Assembly (NCBI GenBank): GCA_013152925.1
Contig: JAADFK010000118.1
Location: 1 to 59,083, forward strand
Direction of reading: 5' to 3'
DNA: 59,083 bases
Source of the DNA: Acidobacteriota bacterium
GTDB lineage: Bacteria; Acidobacteriota; Thermoanaerobaculia; Thermoanaerobaculales; Sulfomarinibacteraceae
The notes below the pieces were generated by a model, which saw only the letters and a program-made list of their open reading frames with translations, did not search any database and was not told where the DNA came from. Shown in pieces: positions 34,988-44,164 of this stretch (positions within the stretch are counted from its first letter, which is position 1; each line of letters begins with the position of its first letter). The position numbers were made by a program, and so were the translations under genes.

Positions 34988-35322
34988 CTCCGGACCCCGC
35001 CAGGCGCGCCAGGCCCTGGAGGGCATGTTTTGCGGGGCTTGCCACCCCGGCACCTGGTGGAGCGGCAGCTTCGAAAACGCGAGACAAGACGGTGAGGCCT
35101 GCAAGAAGGGCCAGGGACGGCGTCTTGGCGAGACCCCATGCCGGATCGGGATCCTGCAGGCCGGCGACACGGCTTTCAGGCAGAGGGCTCAGCGCCAGCA
35201 GCTGAAGGATCACCATCGACCTTGGTTGGGGCTTCGCCACCCCGGGGATCGCCTTCCCACCGGACGGTTGCACGGGCCGCCATCCGAGGGGAGCGCCTCC
35301 GACTCGTCCATGGTTGCTCAAC

Positions 35323-35338
35323 TGGCACGATTTCTGCT
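35323..35338 (+). promoter_or_regulatory. sigma54 -24/-12 promoter
   Basis: TGGCAC-GATTT-CTGCT upstream of the HD-GYP gene. Confidence 0.75.
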
Positions 35339-35403
35339 GTATCCTGGCAAAGAGGGCGGATGGGCGCCGCAACTGCGGATCTTCAGCGCCCGGGGGGGAC
35401 TCG

Positions 35404-36576
35404 GTGGGGAAAAGTTCGCACGTCGTGGGTTTCGGCGAGGACCCGGACTGGGATACCGGCCGGGCTGCCGGGGCCGCCTTCGGCCGGCTCCGAGGGGTGG
35501 TCGCAGCCGGCCACGGCCTCCTGGAACAGGGCACGGAGGGCTACCAGAAGGCGCTGGAGAGCTCCTGCGCCCAGATCGGGGTGCCGGTGGGGCTGCTCTT
35601 CATCCTCCGCCCGGAGGGGGATACCCTCGAGCTCATGGCGAGCCAGGGGATTCCCTGCTGCCAGGGGGACGTCCCGACCATCGGGGTGCAGGAGGGTCTT
35701 TCCGGATGGGTCGCCGCCGCGCGGACCATGGTCGTCGTCAACGACGTGGAGGACGACGGCCGGTTCGGCCCGGTGTCGGCGCTCGGGTACCGGCGCCTGT
35801 CCGCCATCAGCGTGCCGCTCGAGCACGACGGTGACCTGCTCGGCGTCCTCACGCTGGCGAGCCCCCAACCCAACGCGTTCGCCACCGAGGATCTGCTGGT
35901 GGTGGAGGCGCTGGCGACAAACCTCTCGCTGGGGCTCCGGTGCCGGGAGTACCGGGAGGCCGAGGCCCGGAACTACCTCGGTATCATCCGTGGGCTCGCC
36001 ACGGCGCTGGAGGCCAAGGACGCGGTGACGCGAGGTCACTCGGCGAGAGTCGCCCACATGTGCCACCACATCGGGCTTGCCCTCGGCGTGGAACAGCCCG
36101 CACTGGAACGTCTGGAAGTGGCTGCTTCGCTCCACGACCTGGGCAAGATCGGCGTCCCCGAGGCCGTGCTGAACAAGCCCGGGCCGCTCGATTCTCACGA
36201 GCTGGAGCTGATACGGCGTCATCCCGCCGTGGGGGCGGAGATGCTGGAGGAGATCCCGCTGCTCTCGGATCTGGCACCGGTGGTGCGGGGCCACCACGAG
36301 CGCTTCGGTGGAGGAGGCTATCCGGACGGCCTTGAGGGCCACGGGATCCCGCTCCACAGCCGGATCATTGCGGTGGCCGACGCTCTCGATGCCATGCTCA
36401 TGCCGAGGCCCTACCGCCGGGACCGGACGGTGGACGAAGCGCTGGCCGAGCTTCGGGAGTGCTCGGGAACCCACTTCGATCCGCGGGTCGTGGAGGCCCT
36501 GACCCGGGTTGTGACCGCGGAGGGTTGCGGCCACTTCTTCTCGCCGCTCCCGCCGGCCTGCTGCACCGTCACTTGA
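35404..36576 (+). CDS. GAF + HD-GYP cyclic-dinucleotide phosphodiesterase
   Basis: EAKD..TRGHS.RV, LHDLGKIG, HHERFGGGGYPDGL, RIIAVADALDAM. Start placed downstream of the sigma54 promoter. Confidence 0.9.
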   Translation: MGKSSHVVGFGEDPDWDTGRAAGAAFGRLRGVVAAGHGLLEQGTEGYQKALESSCAQIGVPVGLLFILRPEGDTLELMASQGIPCCQGDVPTIGVQEGLSGWVAAARTMVVVNDVEDDGRFGPVSALGYRRLSAISVPLEHDGDLLGVLTLASPQPNAFATEDLLVVEALATNLSLGLRCREYREAEARNYLGIIRGLATALEAKDAVTRGHSARVAHMCHHIGLALGVEQPALERLEVAASLHDLGKIGVPEAVLNKPGPLDSHELELIRRHPAVGAEMLEEIPLLSDLAPVVRGHHERFGGGGYPDGLEGHGIPLHSRIIAVADALDAMLMPRPYRRDRTVDEALAELRECSGTHFDPRVVEALTRVVTAEGCGHFFSPLPPACCTVT

Positions 36577-37306
36577 CGTGACAGGTGGTACAGAGCTGGC
36601 TGCCGTCGTTCGGTATCCGGAGGAAGGGGACGTTGGCCGGGTCATGGACGTTGTGGCAGGTGGGGCACTCCACCTTTCCGGCGTAGAGCGGGACCAGCGC
36701 CCATCCGGCGTTCAGGTCCGGCGGCGTGTTGAACATGGGGTCCTGCGCGGTGGTCGGGTAGGTCATGGCGATGGGATGATCATCGGAGAGGTCCGTTCCC
36801 TGCCAGACCGGTGGAGGATCCCCGTAGATCGGCCCGTGGCAACGCCGGCAGTTGGGGTAGGAGGATGTGTCCGGGATGCCACCAGGTCCAGGGGCGTTGA
36901 TCAGGTCGTGCTTGGTGCTCCCGGTGATACCGTTGACCACCGCCGTTCCGTTGGTTCCGTCATGGCATCCGAGGCACAGCATGGAAACCGTGGTGTTGGG
37001 GTTGCCAGGCGTCGTGTCCATGGTGGGGCTGGTGTAGACGGTAAAGGTCTCGTTGGTGTCGATGAAGCGGTTCCACAGCGGCGCCTGGATGGGTAGCGTC
37101 GGATTGGCAAAGTGCGGTGTGTGGCAGAACACGCAGACCCGGTCGGAGTACGGATCCACGCCAGTGGTGGAAAGATCGTGCTTCGAACCGAGAATGCTGG
37201 CGCCGATGACGACGCCGGTGGAAACCATGAAAACGACGATCCCAAGGCCGGCGGTCAGTCGAAACCGCAAGCCGCGCTTCTCATGAACGGTCCAATGTTT
37301 CGCCAT
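36569..37306 (-). CDS. OmcE-family cytochrome c with five CxxCH motifs
   Basis: GSKHDLS...CVFCHTPH...PLWNR...CLGCHDG...CRRCH...GTDLSDDHP...CPTCHNVHDP..PFLR...LCTTCHVK. Confidence 0.88.
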   Translation of the reverse strand: MAKHWTVHEKRGLRFRLTAGLGIVVFMVSTGVVIGASILGSKHDLSTTGVDPYSDRVCVFCHTPHFANPTLPIQAPLWNRFIDTNETFTVYTSPTMDTTPGNPNTTVSMLCLGCHDGTNGTAVVNGITGSTKHDLINAPGPGGIPDTSSYPNCRRCHGPIYGDPPPVWQGTDLSDDHPIAMTYPTTAQDPMFNTPPDLNAGWALVPLYAGKVECPTCHNVHDPANVPFLRIPNDGSQLCTTCHVK

Positions 37307-37361
37307 ATGTCGTGGTCCTCATGCGGTCAACGTTCCAGGCCCTGCACTGCCTGAAGCCAGT

Positions 37362-37377
37362 TACAAGAACCGTGCCA
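37362..37377 (-). promoter_or_regulatory. Probable sigma54 promoter for the pentaheme omcE paralog
   Basis: TGGCAC-GGTTC-TTGTA (one mismatch at -12). Confidence 0.65.
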
Positions 37378-37452
37378 GGTTGAACGGCGTTGGAAGAGAC
37401 CGCGGTTGGGCCGAGATCTCCACGTTTTTTCAGTTGGCCCCCGCCAGCACGG

Positions 37453-37499
37453 TGGGGACACCTGCGCAATGAAGGGGGCCATGTGGGGATCTTTACCCA
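37453..37499. promoter_or_regulatory. Paired TGGGG-N6-CCCCA-type sites
   Basis: TGGGGACACCTGCGCA (37453-37468) and TGGGGATCTTTACCCA (37484-37499), 31 bp apart. Confidence 0.55.
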
Positions 37500-37755
37500 C
37501 CAGGCGGGTGGCTTCTGCCACGAAACGAGAGAGCCGTCCTGCCGGGTTCCGGTGGCCTTGCCACGAACTGTCCCGCTCTGGGAAAAGGAAGGGGGCGGGC
37601 TCTCGATGGGTTTACACCGCGAGGCTCCAGGTCCACCGCCCGGGCCCCTCGCCTCCCTGATGTGGGTAGAATGGTGCATGACCTGGGCTGAGGGCAGGGC
37701 CGACGACCGGTTTCACGGGACGGAGCTTCCGGCTTCAGGAAGAGTCGGTCCGACG

Positions 37756-39054
37756 GTGACTGTCAACATCGCGGCTGTGTTGTCCACCGTTGTTTTTCTC
37801 CCCGCCGCCGAGGCCTCGGCTTCCGGTGCCGTTTTCGTCCAGCCGCCGCCCTTTGCGGAGAGGTTCTGGTTTCTCGCTCTTCTGGTCTTCGTCACGACCC
37901 TGCTGGTCGCCTTGCTGGCCCGGTGGCAGCTGGCAAGCCACCGGAAGGTCAAGGAACGGCTCGAGCATGAGGTCCAGATCCGCACGGAGGAGATCGAACG
38001 AACGAGTGAGATCCTCCGGCGCATCAACGAGGGGATCGGCCTCGAGGAGATCCTCGATCTCGTCTACGAGTCGTTTCGTCCCTTGATCCCGTACAACCGC
38101 ATCGGCTATGCCGAGCTCCTCGACGATGACACCAGGGTGGGTTCGGTGTGGACCCGTACCGACGCCGACGAGCCCCTGATCCCCGTGGGCTTCGAGGTGC
38201 CTATCGGAAAGACCAGCTTAGGTGGCGTCCTCGAACGTGGCGAGCCCAGGATTCTCAACGACCTGGAGGCCTATCTTCACGATCACCCTGGCTCGCTCTC
38301 GACCCGCCTCATCGTCAAAGAGGGCATGCGTTCCAGCCTGACGGTGCCACTTCGCGGGCTCGACCGCGCGCAGGGCTTTCTCTTCTTCTCCTGCCGCCGC
38401 ACGAATGTGTACACCGCCGACCACGTGCGGATCATTCAACGGCTGGCCTCCCAGCTGGCGGTCATCATCGGCAAGTCCCGTCTCCACGAGGAGCTGGTGG
38501 TCACCACCTGGAACCTCGAAGAAGCCAACCGGCGCCTGGAAGAGCTGGCGACCTCCGACGCCCTGACGGGCTTGGGGAACCGCCGCTTCTTCGAGGAACG
38601 CTTGGAGGCCGAGTGGCGCCGTCAGATGCGCCTGGGACGCTCCCTGGCCCTGCTCATGGTCGACGTGGACCATTTCAAGAAGTACAACGACGCCAGGGGC
38701 CACCAGGAGGGCGACTTCTGCCTGCAGAAGATCTCCGCCATCCTCCAGTCCATGACGCGGCGGGCCGGCGATGTGGTCGCCCGATGGGGTGGCGAGGAGC
38801 TCGCCGTCCTTCTCCCGGAGATGGAGCTCGAACAGGCCTGCGAGGTGGCGGAGAACCTCCGCCGGGCGGTCGAGGAGGCGCATCTTGATCACCCGGCTTC
38901 TCCGGTCGCTCCAGTGGTCACCATCAGTGTCGGTTGTACCGCCACCGTCCCGACCCCGAATCGTGCTCCCCAGGAGCTCGTGACGACAGCAGACGCCGCC
39001 CTCTACCGGGCCAAGGCCTCGGGGCGAAACCGCGTGGAGGGCTGCGGACCGTAG
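37756..39054 (+). CDS. Membrane-anchored GAF + GGDEF diguanylate cyclase
   Basis: TM segment, GAF, DALTGLGNRR, DVDHFKKYND..GH..GD, I-site RAGD, RWGGEEL. Start codon uncertain. Confidence 0.9.
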   Translation: MTVNIAAVLSTVVFLPAAEASASGAVFVQPPPFAERFWFLALLVFVTTLLVALLARWQLASHRKVKERLEHEVQIRTEEIERTSEILRRINEGIGLEEILDLVYESFRPLIPYNRIGYAELLDDDTRVGSVWTRTDADEPLIPVGFEVPIGKTSLGGVLERGEPRILNDLEAYLHDHPGSLSTRLIVKEGMRSSLTVPLRGLDRAQGFLFFSCRRTNVYTADHVRIIQRLASQLAVIIGKSRLHEELVVTTWNLEEANRRLEELATSDALTGLGNRRFFEERLEAEWRRQMRLGRSLALLMVDVDHFKKYNDARGHQEGDFCLQKISAILQSMTRRAGDVVARWGGEELAVLLPEMELEQACEVAENLRRAVEEAHLDHPASPVAPVVTISVGCTATVPTPNRAPQELVTTADAALYRAKASGRNRVEGCGP

Positions 39055-39210
39055 GACGAAGATCCGAGGATACGGCGCAGCTCGGGCCCGCGGGTCGCCT
39101 TGGACTCTCCTCGCTGTCCATTATTCGTCCAACCGCGCAAGTTAGGGTATGCTTTGGGTGTAAAGGAGGGCCGAAGGGGGAGCCCGGCCACGGGCTGTTT
39201 CCGCCGGATC

Positions 39211-40353
39211 ATGGGTTTCGTAGGCCGTCTCGAGGATCTCGCCGTCGCCGACATCTTTCAAATCGTCGCGCTGGGGAAGCGTACGGGGAAGCTGACCCTG
39301 ACGCGCAGGAAGGACCAGGGACTCGTGGTCTTCCGCAACGGCGGCATCGTCTTCTGCCAGACCAACGCCATCCACGAGACCCTCGGGAGCATCCTGGTCA
39401 ACCGCCACTACATCGACGAGGCTACCCTCCTGGCCGCCCTGGACGTCCAGCAGGCCTCGGACAGCCCCCGTCCGCTGGGAAGCATCCTGGTGGAAATGGA
39501 TGCCATCTCGCCGGAGACCCTCCGGGACGTGGCCTACGAGCAGGTCAAGGCCGTTCTCTCCGAGCTCCTGCTCTGGGACAGCGGGGTCTTCCAGTTCGAA
39601 TCCGTGGAGCTGGAAGAGGTGTTCAAGACCGCCTTCGACACCAGCGAGTTCCTGGTGGAGGATGGCCTCCGCACCGAGGAAGTCCTCCTGGACCTCCTGA
39701 CCCAGCTGGATCGTTCGGCCTTCGAAGACCTCTCCGCGGGACCGGAGGCCGGGACCTCGGGCCTCGAGCTCCGGGCGCCGTCATCGGGCGGAGAAGAGCC
39801 CCCCGGCCGGCGAACGCGATCGCACGGCTTCGCATCACTGAAGGGCATCATGACCGAGCTCCGGAACCGTCCGGTCACATTCACGGGAGAGCTGACGCTG
39901 ATGTTGCTCCGGTACACGGCGGAGTTGGTCAACCGGGCGGTTCTCTTCGGCGTTCGCGGCGACGTTCTCGTGGGCATCGGGCAGTTCGGGATCGAGGTGG
40001 AGGGAGTATCCGCCGACCAGCGCGTGCGGTCCATCCAGATACCCACCAACGAGCCTTCTGTCCTCGCCGACGTGGTCCGCCGCCGGGAGCCCTACCGCGG
40101 GCGCCTGGCCAGGACACCCTTCAACAACTACCTGGTGGGCGAGCTCGGCGGCATGGCCCCCCGCGAGGTGATCGCTGTCCCCATCGTCGTCGAGGGCAAG
40201 GTCGTCGCCGTCGTCTACGGCGACAACCTCCCCTCCGATACTCCCATCGGACCCATCGAGGGTCTCGAGCTCCTGATGCTCCAGGCGGGCCTGATTATCG
40301 AGAAGAACCGCCTGATACAACGCCTGAGCGAGCTTCGTACGGTGGAGCCCTGA
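39211..40353 (+). CDS. DUF4388 (PatA-N-like) + GAF-like domain protein
   Basis: G.LEDL...DIFQ......RTG.L...F.NG.I, LGSILV repeats, W..G.F.F; C-terminal VPI..EGKVVAVVYGDN. Confidence 0.75.
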   Translation: MGFVGRLEDLAVADIFQIVALGKRTGKLTLTRRKDQGLVVFRNGGIVFCQTNAIHETLGSILVNRHYIDEATLLAALDVQQASDSPRPLGSILVEMDAISPETLRDVAYEQVKAVLSELLLWDSGVFQFESVELEEVFKTAFDTSEFLVEDGLRTEEVLLDLLTQLDRSAFEDLSAGPEAGTSGLELRAPSSGGEEPPGRRTRSHGFASLKGIMTELRNRPVTFTGELTLMLLRYTAELVNRAVLFGVRGDVLVGIGQFGIEVEGVSADQRVRSIQIPTNEPSVLADVVRRREPYRGRLARTPFNNYLVGELGGMAPREVIAVPIVVEGKVVAVVYGDNLPSDTPIGPIEGLELLMLQAGLIIEKNRLIQRLSELRTVEP

Positions 40354-40375
40354 TCGGCTGCGATATCATGCCCCG

Positions 40376-41875
40376 GTGACCGCACGAGGAAAGAAACAAC
40401 GCCAGCGTGAAGGGGCGGCACCGCCGTGGTGGACCGCACCGGCCGTGCCGAGGCGCTGGACCAGGGGCTGGGTGGTAGCTCTCCTGCTGCTGACCCTCGC
40501 CGTCGGCGCCACGCGCCTGGCCTCTCTTCCCGGTTCCCTGTGGCATCAGGACGAGGTCGAGTTTGCCAGCGCCGTCCTCAGCTTCGACATCACCTGGAAT
40601 CGCCCCCACCCGCCCTGGTTTCCCCTGTGGATCGTTCTCGGCAAGGCTGTCCACGGCAGCTCCGGCCTCCCCGCCGGGCGCAGCCTCCAGCTACTCAGCG
40701 CCGTCTTCTCCACCGCGACCCTGATCCCGCTGACACTCCTGTGGGGGTTATGGCTCCGCCGCGAGCTGGCCGTGGCGGCCTCCCTGCTCTTCCTCTTTCT
40801 CCCGGGCGTCTGGATGCTCTCCGGACGGGCCTTCACCGACACCCCGGCCCTGGCCCTCCTGGCTGCCGCCCTGGCGTGTTGGCTCGATCCCGGCGCTAAC
40901 CGGAAAAAGACCACCCTCGGCTCGTTCCTTGCCGGGCTGACCATCCTCGTCCGGCCACACCACGCCGCGCTCCTCGCGGGTCCCCTCATCGTCGCCTGGA
41001 GGCGGGGCGCCAGCCGCCGGGCGCTCCTTCTTCCGGCGGCTGCCCTGGGCATTGCGGGCACCGGCGGCCTTCTGCTCTGGGGTGGATCACCCTCGCTGCT
41101 CTGGAAGGCCCTTCGGCTTCATGCGACGTACCAGGAAGCCGGCCTGGGGTCGACCTCCCATACCTTCGCCAATCTGGGCCTGGCACGGATCCTCCTCAAC
41201 TCCTGGACCACCGTCGTGTGGCTGCTCCTGGCCTGCGCCGGAGCGGTCGTCCTCCGGAGGTTCTCGCGCCGCCCAACGGGAGGGCTCCTCTGGGCCACGC
41301 TGGCACCCGCCGCGATCCTCGCGGTCACCGTGGTCAATCCCATCATGCCGCGCTACTGGCTACCCTTCATGGCGCTCAGCTCGGGCCTCGTCCTGGCGGC
41401 CGTGGCGTCCGCCGCCCGGATGTGGAGCCTTCCCATGGCCGGCCTGGCCGTGGCCCTCTCGGCCTGGACCGTCGTCCCGGCGCTGGCCAGCTTCCGTACC
41501 GAGATCTCCCCACCTTTCCGCGGCCTGGCCGAGGCCGAGCGCCTGGCCCGGGGCCGTGGATGGAACGTGGTGGCGGACTTCAACCTGTACCCGTTCGCCG
41601 AGTTCCGTCGCCTGGAAGGCCGCCTCTTTCTGCCCGTGAGCTACGACGTTGAGCTTGGCCGCAACAAGGGCATCCCGCCCCCCTGGAGCGTGGTGGCCCT
41701 CTACACCGACCATCAGGACCGCTTCATCGTCGAGGGCGACCGGCCCATGGTCTTTCGCAGCCACACGCCCCTGCTCCACCGTCTCATGCCGGGGCCCTAC
41801 TTGACGACCACCGTCGTCCCGGCAGCCAGGGTCCGCCCCGCCCGCCGCCGCCTCCCGAACGAGACGCCGCCATAA
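40376..41875 (+). CDS. GT-C fold (PMT-like) polytopic membrane glycosyltransferase
   Basis: DE motif after TM1 (WHQDE), PHPP, FTD.P, VRP, PRYWLP; about 10 TM helices. Confidence 0.7.
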   Translation: MTARGKKQRQREGAAPPWWTAPAVPRRWTRGWVVALLLLTLAVGATRLASLPGSLWHQDEVEFASAVLSFDITWNRPHPPWFPLWIVLGKAVHGSSGLPAGRSLQLLSAVFSTATLIPLTLLWGLWLRRELAVAASLLFLFLPGVWMLSGRAFTDTPALALLAAALACWLDPGANRKKTTLGSFLAGLTILVRPHHAALLAGPLIVAWRRGASRRALLLPAAALGIAGTGGLLLWGGSPSLLWKALRLHATYQEAGLGSTSHTFANLGLARILLNSWTTVVWLLLACAGAVVLRRFSRRPTGGLLWATLAPAAILAVTVVNPIMPRYWLPFMALSSGLVLAAVASAARMWSLPMAGLAVALSAWTVVPALASFRTEISPPFRGLAEAERLARGRGWNVVADFNLYPFAEFRRLEGRLFLPVSYDVELGRNKGIPPPWSVVALYTDHQDRFIVEGDRPMVFRSHTPLLHRLMPGPYLTTTVVPAARVRPARRRLPNETPP

Positions 41876-42036
41876 GTCTCCGGGCACGAGGACCACGCTT
41901 CCCGATCGGTTTCATCGCGAGACCGCCGGGAGGGGGAGGAAACGCCGCAGGGCGATGTCCGCGAAGCGGGCGCACTCCCATCGCCCCCGACCCCCCTCCC
42001 GCCCCGAATGCCTCCACCTCACGTCCATATTCTTCC

Positions 42037-42353
42037 GTCCCAAGGGTTCGGGAGGGATTCGTCGCGAGGGTGCCGTGAGGACCGTCAGTGTGGTGATTCG
42101 ACCGGGGTCCGCACCGTTGGCGACGGTCCTGCTGCAACGGGAGAAGTACGGCGCGTGGCGGCGTCTTCTCGATCCGGTCGCTCGACGTGCCTCAAGCACG
42201 CCTGCGCTCCCGGATCGTGCGAGGACGCCACCACGCACCGCACCTCTCCCGTTTCGCGACGGACCTCACCAACGATGCTGCCCCGCGCCGCCGAGGCGTA
42301 CCCCAGGTACGCCGCAGGCGCCGCCGCCGGAAAAAACGCCGCAATGGCGGCCC
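42037..42353. repeat. Interrupted copy of the palindromic MITE/REP-like element carrying a ~180-nt hairpin insert
   Basis: 42286-42353 matches 42601-42668 (68 bp, 1 mismatch), and the left arm matches copy 2. 42104-42284 is an inserted long inverted repeat. Confidence 0.75.
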
Positions 42354-42528
42354 CGGCCAACACAAGCTCGTTCCCAACACCCACTCCCCACGGCCAGCCG
42401 CCGCAAACCAGTGGCGTCCGGTCTCCCCAGTGCTGTGCCCGCAAAGCGGACGAGCTCCCACCGCCCCAGCAATTCCTGACGCCCGTCCCCGGGGCGACGG
42501 CCAGCACCCAATACCGACTCGTCTTCCC

Positions 42529-42710
42529 GTCCCGGCGGATTCGGGAGGATTTCGTAACGAGGCCGCCGTGAGGACCGTCAGTGTGGTGTTTCGACCAAGG
42601 CGCCGCCGAGGCGTACCCCAGGTACGCCGCAGGCGCCGCCGCCGGAAGAAACGCCGCAATGGCGGCCCTCACGGCGGCCGCAGTAGAAATCCTCCCGAAT
42701 CCGCCGGGAC
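42529..42710. mobile_element. 182-bp MITE/REP-like palindromic element
   Basis: Perfect 25-bp terminal inverted repeats (42529-42553 / 42686-42710), imperfect inner arms and a central GGCGTACC-CCA-GGTACGCC palindrome. Confidence 0.7.
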
Positions 42711-42712
42711 CC

Positions 42713-43996
42713 CTAGACCCAACCCCGAAGCCGGCAGGCGGTGGCGACGCGCTGGATGGCGATCATGTAAGCAGCGTCGCGCATGTACTCGCCCGTGTCG
42801 TCGGCCAGGTCAGCCACGGCGTGGAAGGCCGTGGTCATTTTCTGGTCGAGCCGCTGGAGCACCTCGTCCTTGGGCCAGTAGAAGTTGGTATTGGACTGGA
42901 CCTGCTCGAAGTAGGAGCAGGTGACACCGCCGGCGTTGCACAGGAAGTCGGGAATGACGAAGATCCCCTTCTCCTTGAGGATGGCGTCCGCCTCCGGCGT
43001 CGTCGGGCCGTTGGCGCCCTCGGCGAGCAGCCGGACCGCCGGCTTGATCCTCTGAGCGGTTTCGCCGGTCACCTGGTTCTCCAGGGCCGCGGGAATCAGG
43101 ATCTCGGCCTCCTGCTCGATCCAGGCATCGGCCTCCAGCACACCGTAGCCGGCGGCACGGGCCTTGTCCTTGTCGATGGAGCCGAAGCGGTCGGTGATGG
43201 AGAGGAGGAACGCCACGTCCACACCGTCGCCCTTGGCGAAGGTGTAGGCCCTTCGATCGTTGTTGTCCCAGGAAGCCACGGCCACCACGGTGCCGCCGAG
43301 CTCGATCAGCTTCTTGGCGGCGTACTGGGCCACGTTGCCGAAACCCTGGATGGATGCACGGACGCCCTTGGTGTCGATGCCCAGCCGCTTGAGAGCCTCA
43401 CGGACAGCGTAGATGACTCCGAAACCGGTGGCCTCGGTGCGGCCAAGGGACCCCCCGACCTCCACCGGCTTGCCCGTGATGAAGCCCGGCGCATGGCCGC
43501 CCGTGATCTTCTCGTACTCGTCCATCATCCACACCATGTGCTGCGGGTTGGTCATGACGTCGGGCGCCGGAACGTCCTGGACCGGACCGATGTTCCGGAC
43601 AACCTGGCGGACCCAGCCGCGGCACAGCTGCTCCTGCTCGCGCGGGGAGAGATTCGGAGGGTTGCAGATGACGCCACCCTTGCCGCCGCCCAGGGGGATG
43701 TCGACCACGGCGCACTTCCAGGTCATCCACATGGCCAGGGCGCGGACCGTATCGACGGTCTCCTGGGGGTGGAAGCGAATGCCGCCCTTGGCCGGACCCC
43801 GCGCGTCGTTGTGCTGCACCCGGTAGCCCTTGAAGACCTGCACCGAGCCGTCCTCCATGTGCACGGGGATCAGGAAGTGGTATTCCCGGAGGGGCCACCT
43901 GAGAAGCTCCCGGGAGCCGCCGTCCAGTTGCAACTTTTCCGCAACGGCGTCGAACTGCGCCTGGGCCATCTCGAACGCGTTGAACTGCTTCGTCAT
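42713..43996 (-). CDS. gdhA: Glu/Leu/Phe/Val dehydrogenase (glutamate dehydrogenase)
   Basis: RVQHN..RGPAKGGIRFHP, MTWKCA, GGGKGG, DVPAPD, GGSLGR.EATG, QGFGNV, EGANGP, NAGGV..SY.E. Confidence 0.95.
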   Translation of the reverse strand: MTKQFNAFEMAQAQFDAVAEKLQLDGGSRELLRWPLREYHFLIPVHMEDGSVQVFKGYRVQHNDARGPAKGGIRFHPQETVDTVRALAMWMTWKCAVVDIPLGGGKGGVICNPPNLSPREQEQLCRGWVRQVVRNIGPVQDVPAPDVMTNPQHMVWMMDEYEKITGGHAPGFITGKPVEVGGSLGRTEATGFGVIYAVREALKRLGIDTKGVRASIQGFGNVAQYAAKKLIELGGTVVAVASWDNNDRRAYTFAKGDGVDVAFLLSITDRFGSIDKDKARAAGYGVLEADAWIEQEAEILIPAALENQVTGETAQRIKPAVRLLAEGANGPTTPEADAILKEKGIFVIPDFLCNAGGVTCSYFEQVQSNTNFYWPKDEVLQRLDQKMTTAFHAVADLADDTGEYMRDAAYMIAIQRVATACRLRGWV

Positions 43997-44164
43997 TATC
44001 GTTTCCTCCACTGCCGGTTCGCATCCATCATAGCGCAGGCCCAGGGCCGATCGCGCGCCTCCCGGCGGCCTCTACTCCGGCCGCCGTGCTCACTCCCGCC
44101 TCCCACGTATCGAATACCGCCTGCCGTGGTCCAATCCCCGAGCGGCAGCCGGCGCCAGACGGAG

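Noticed and set aside
38560-38830. Possible Hypr-type GGDEF making 3',3'-cGAMP, as in Geobacter EET control
   Set aside because: The specificity position reads GHQEGD (Asp), the canonical c-di-GMP signature, not Ser.
41876-42712. CRISPR array or protein-coding ORFs in this repeat region
   Set aside because: There are only two long repeat copies, no regular repeat-spacer period and no cas genes. The ORFs merely translate the repeats.
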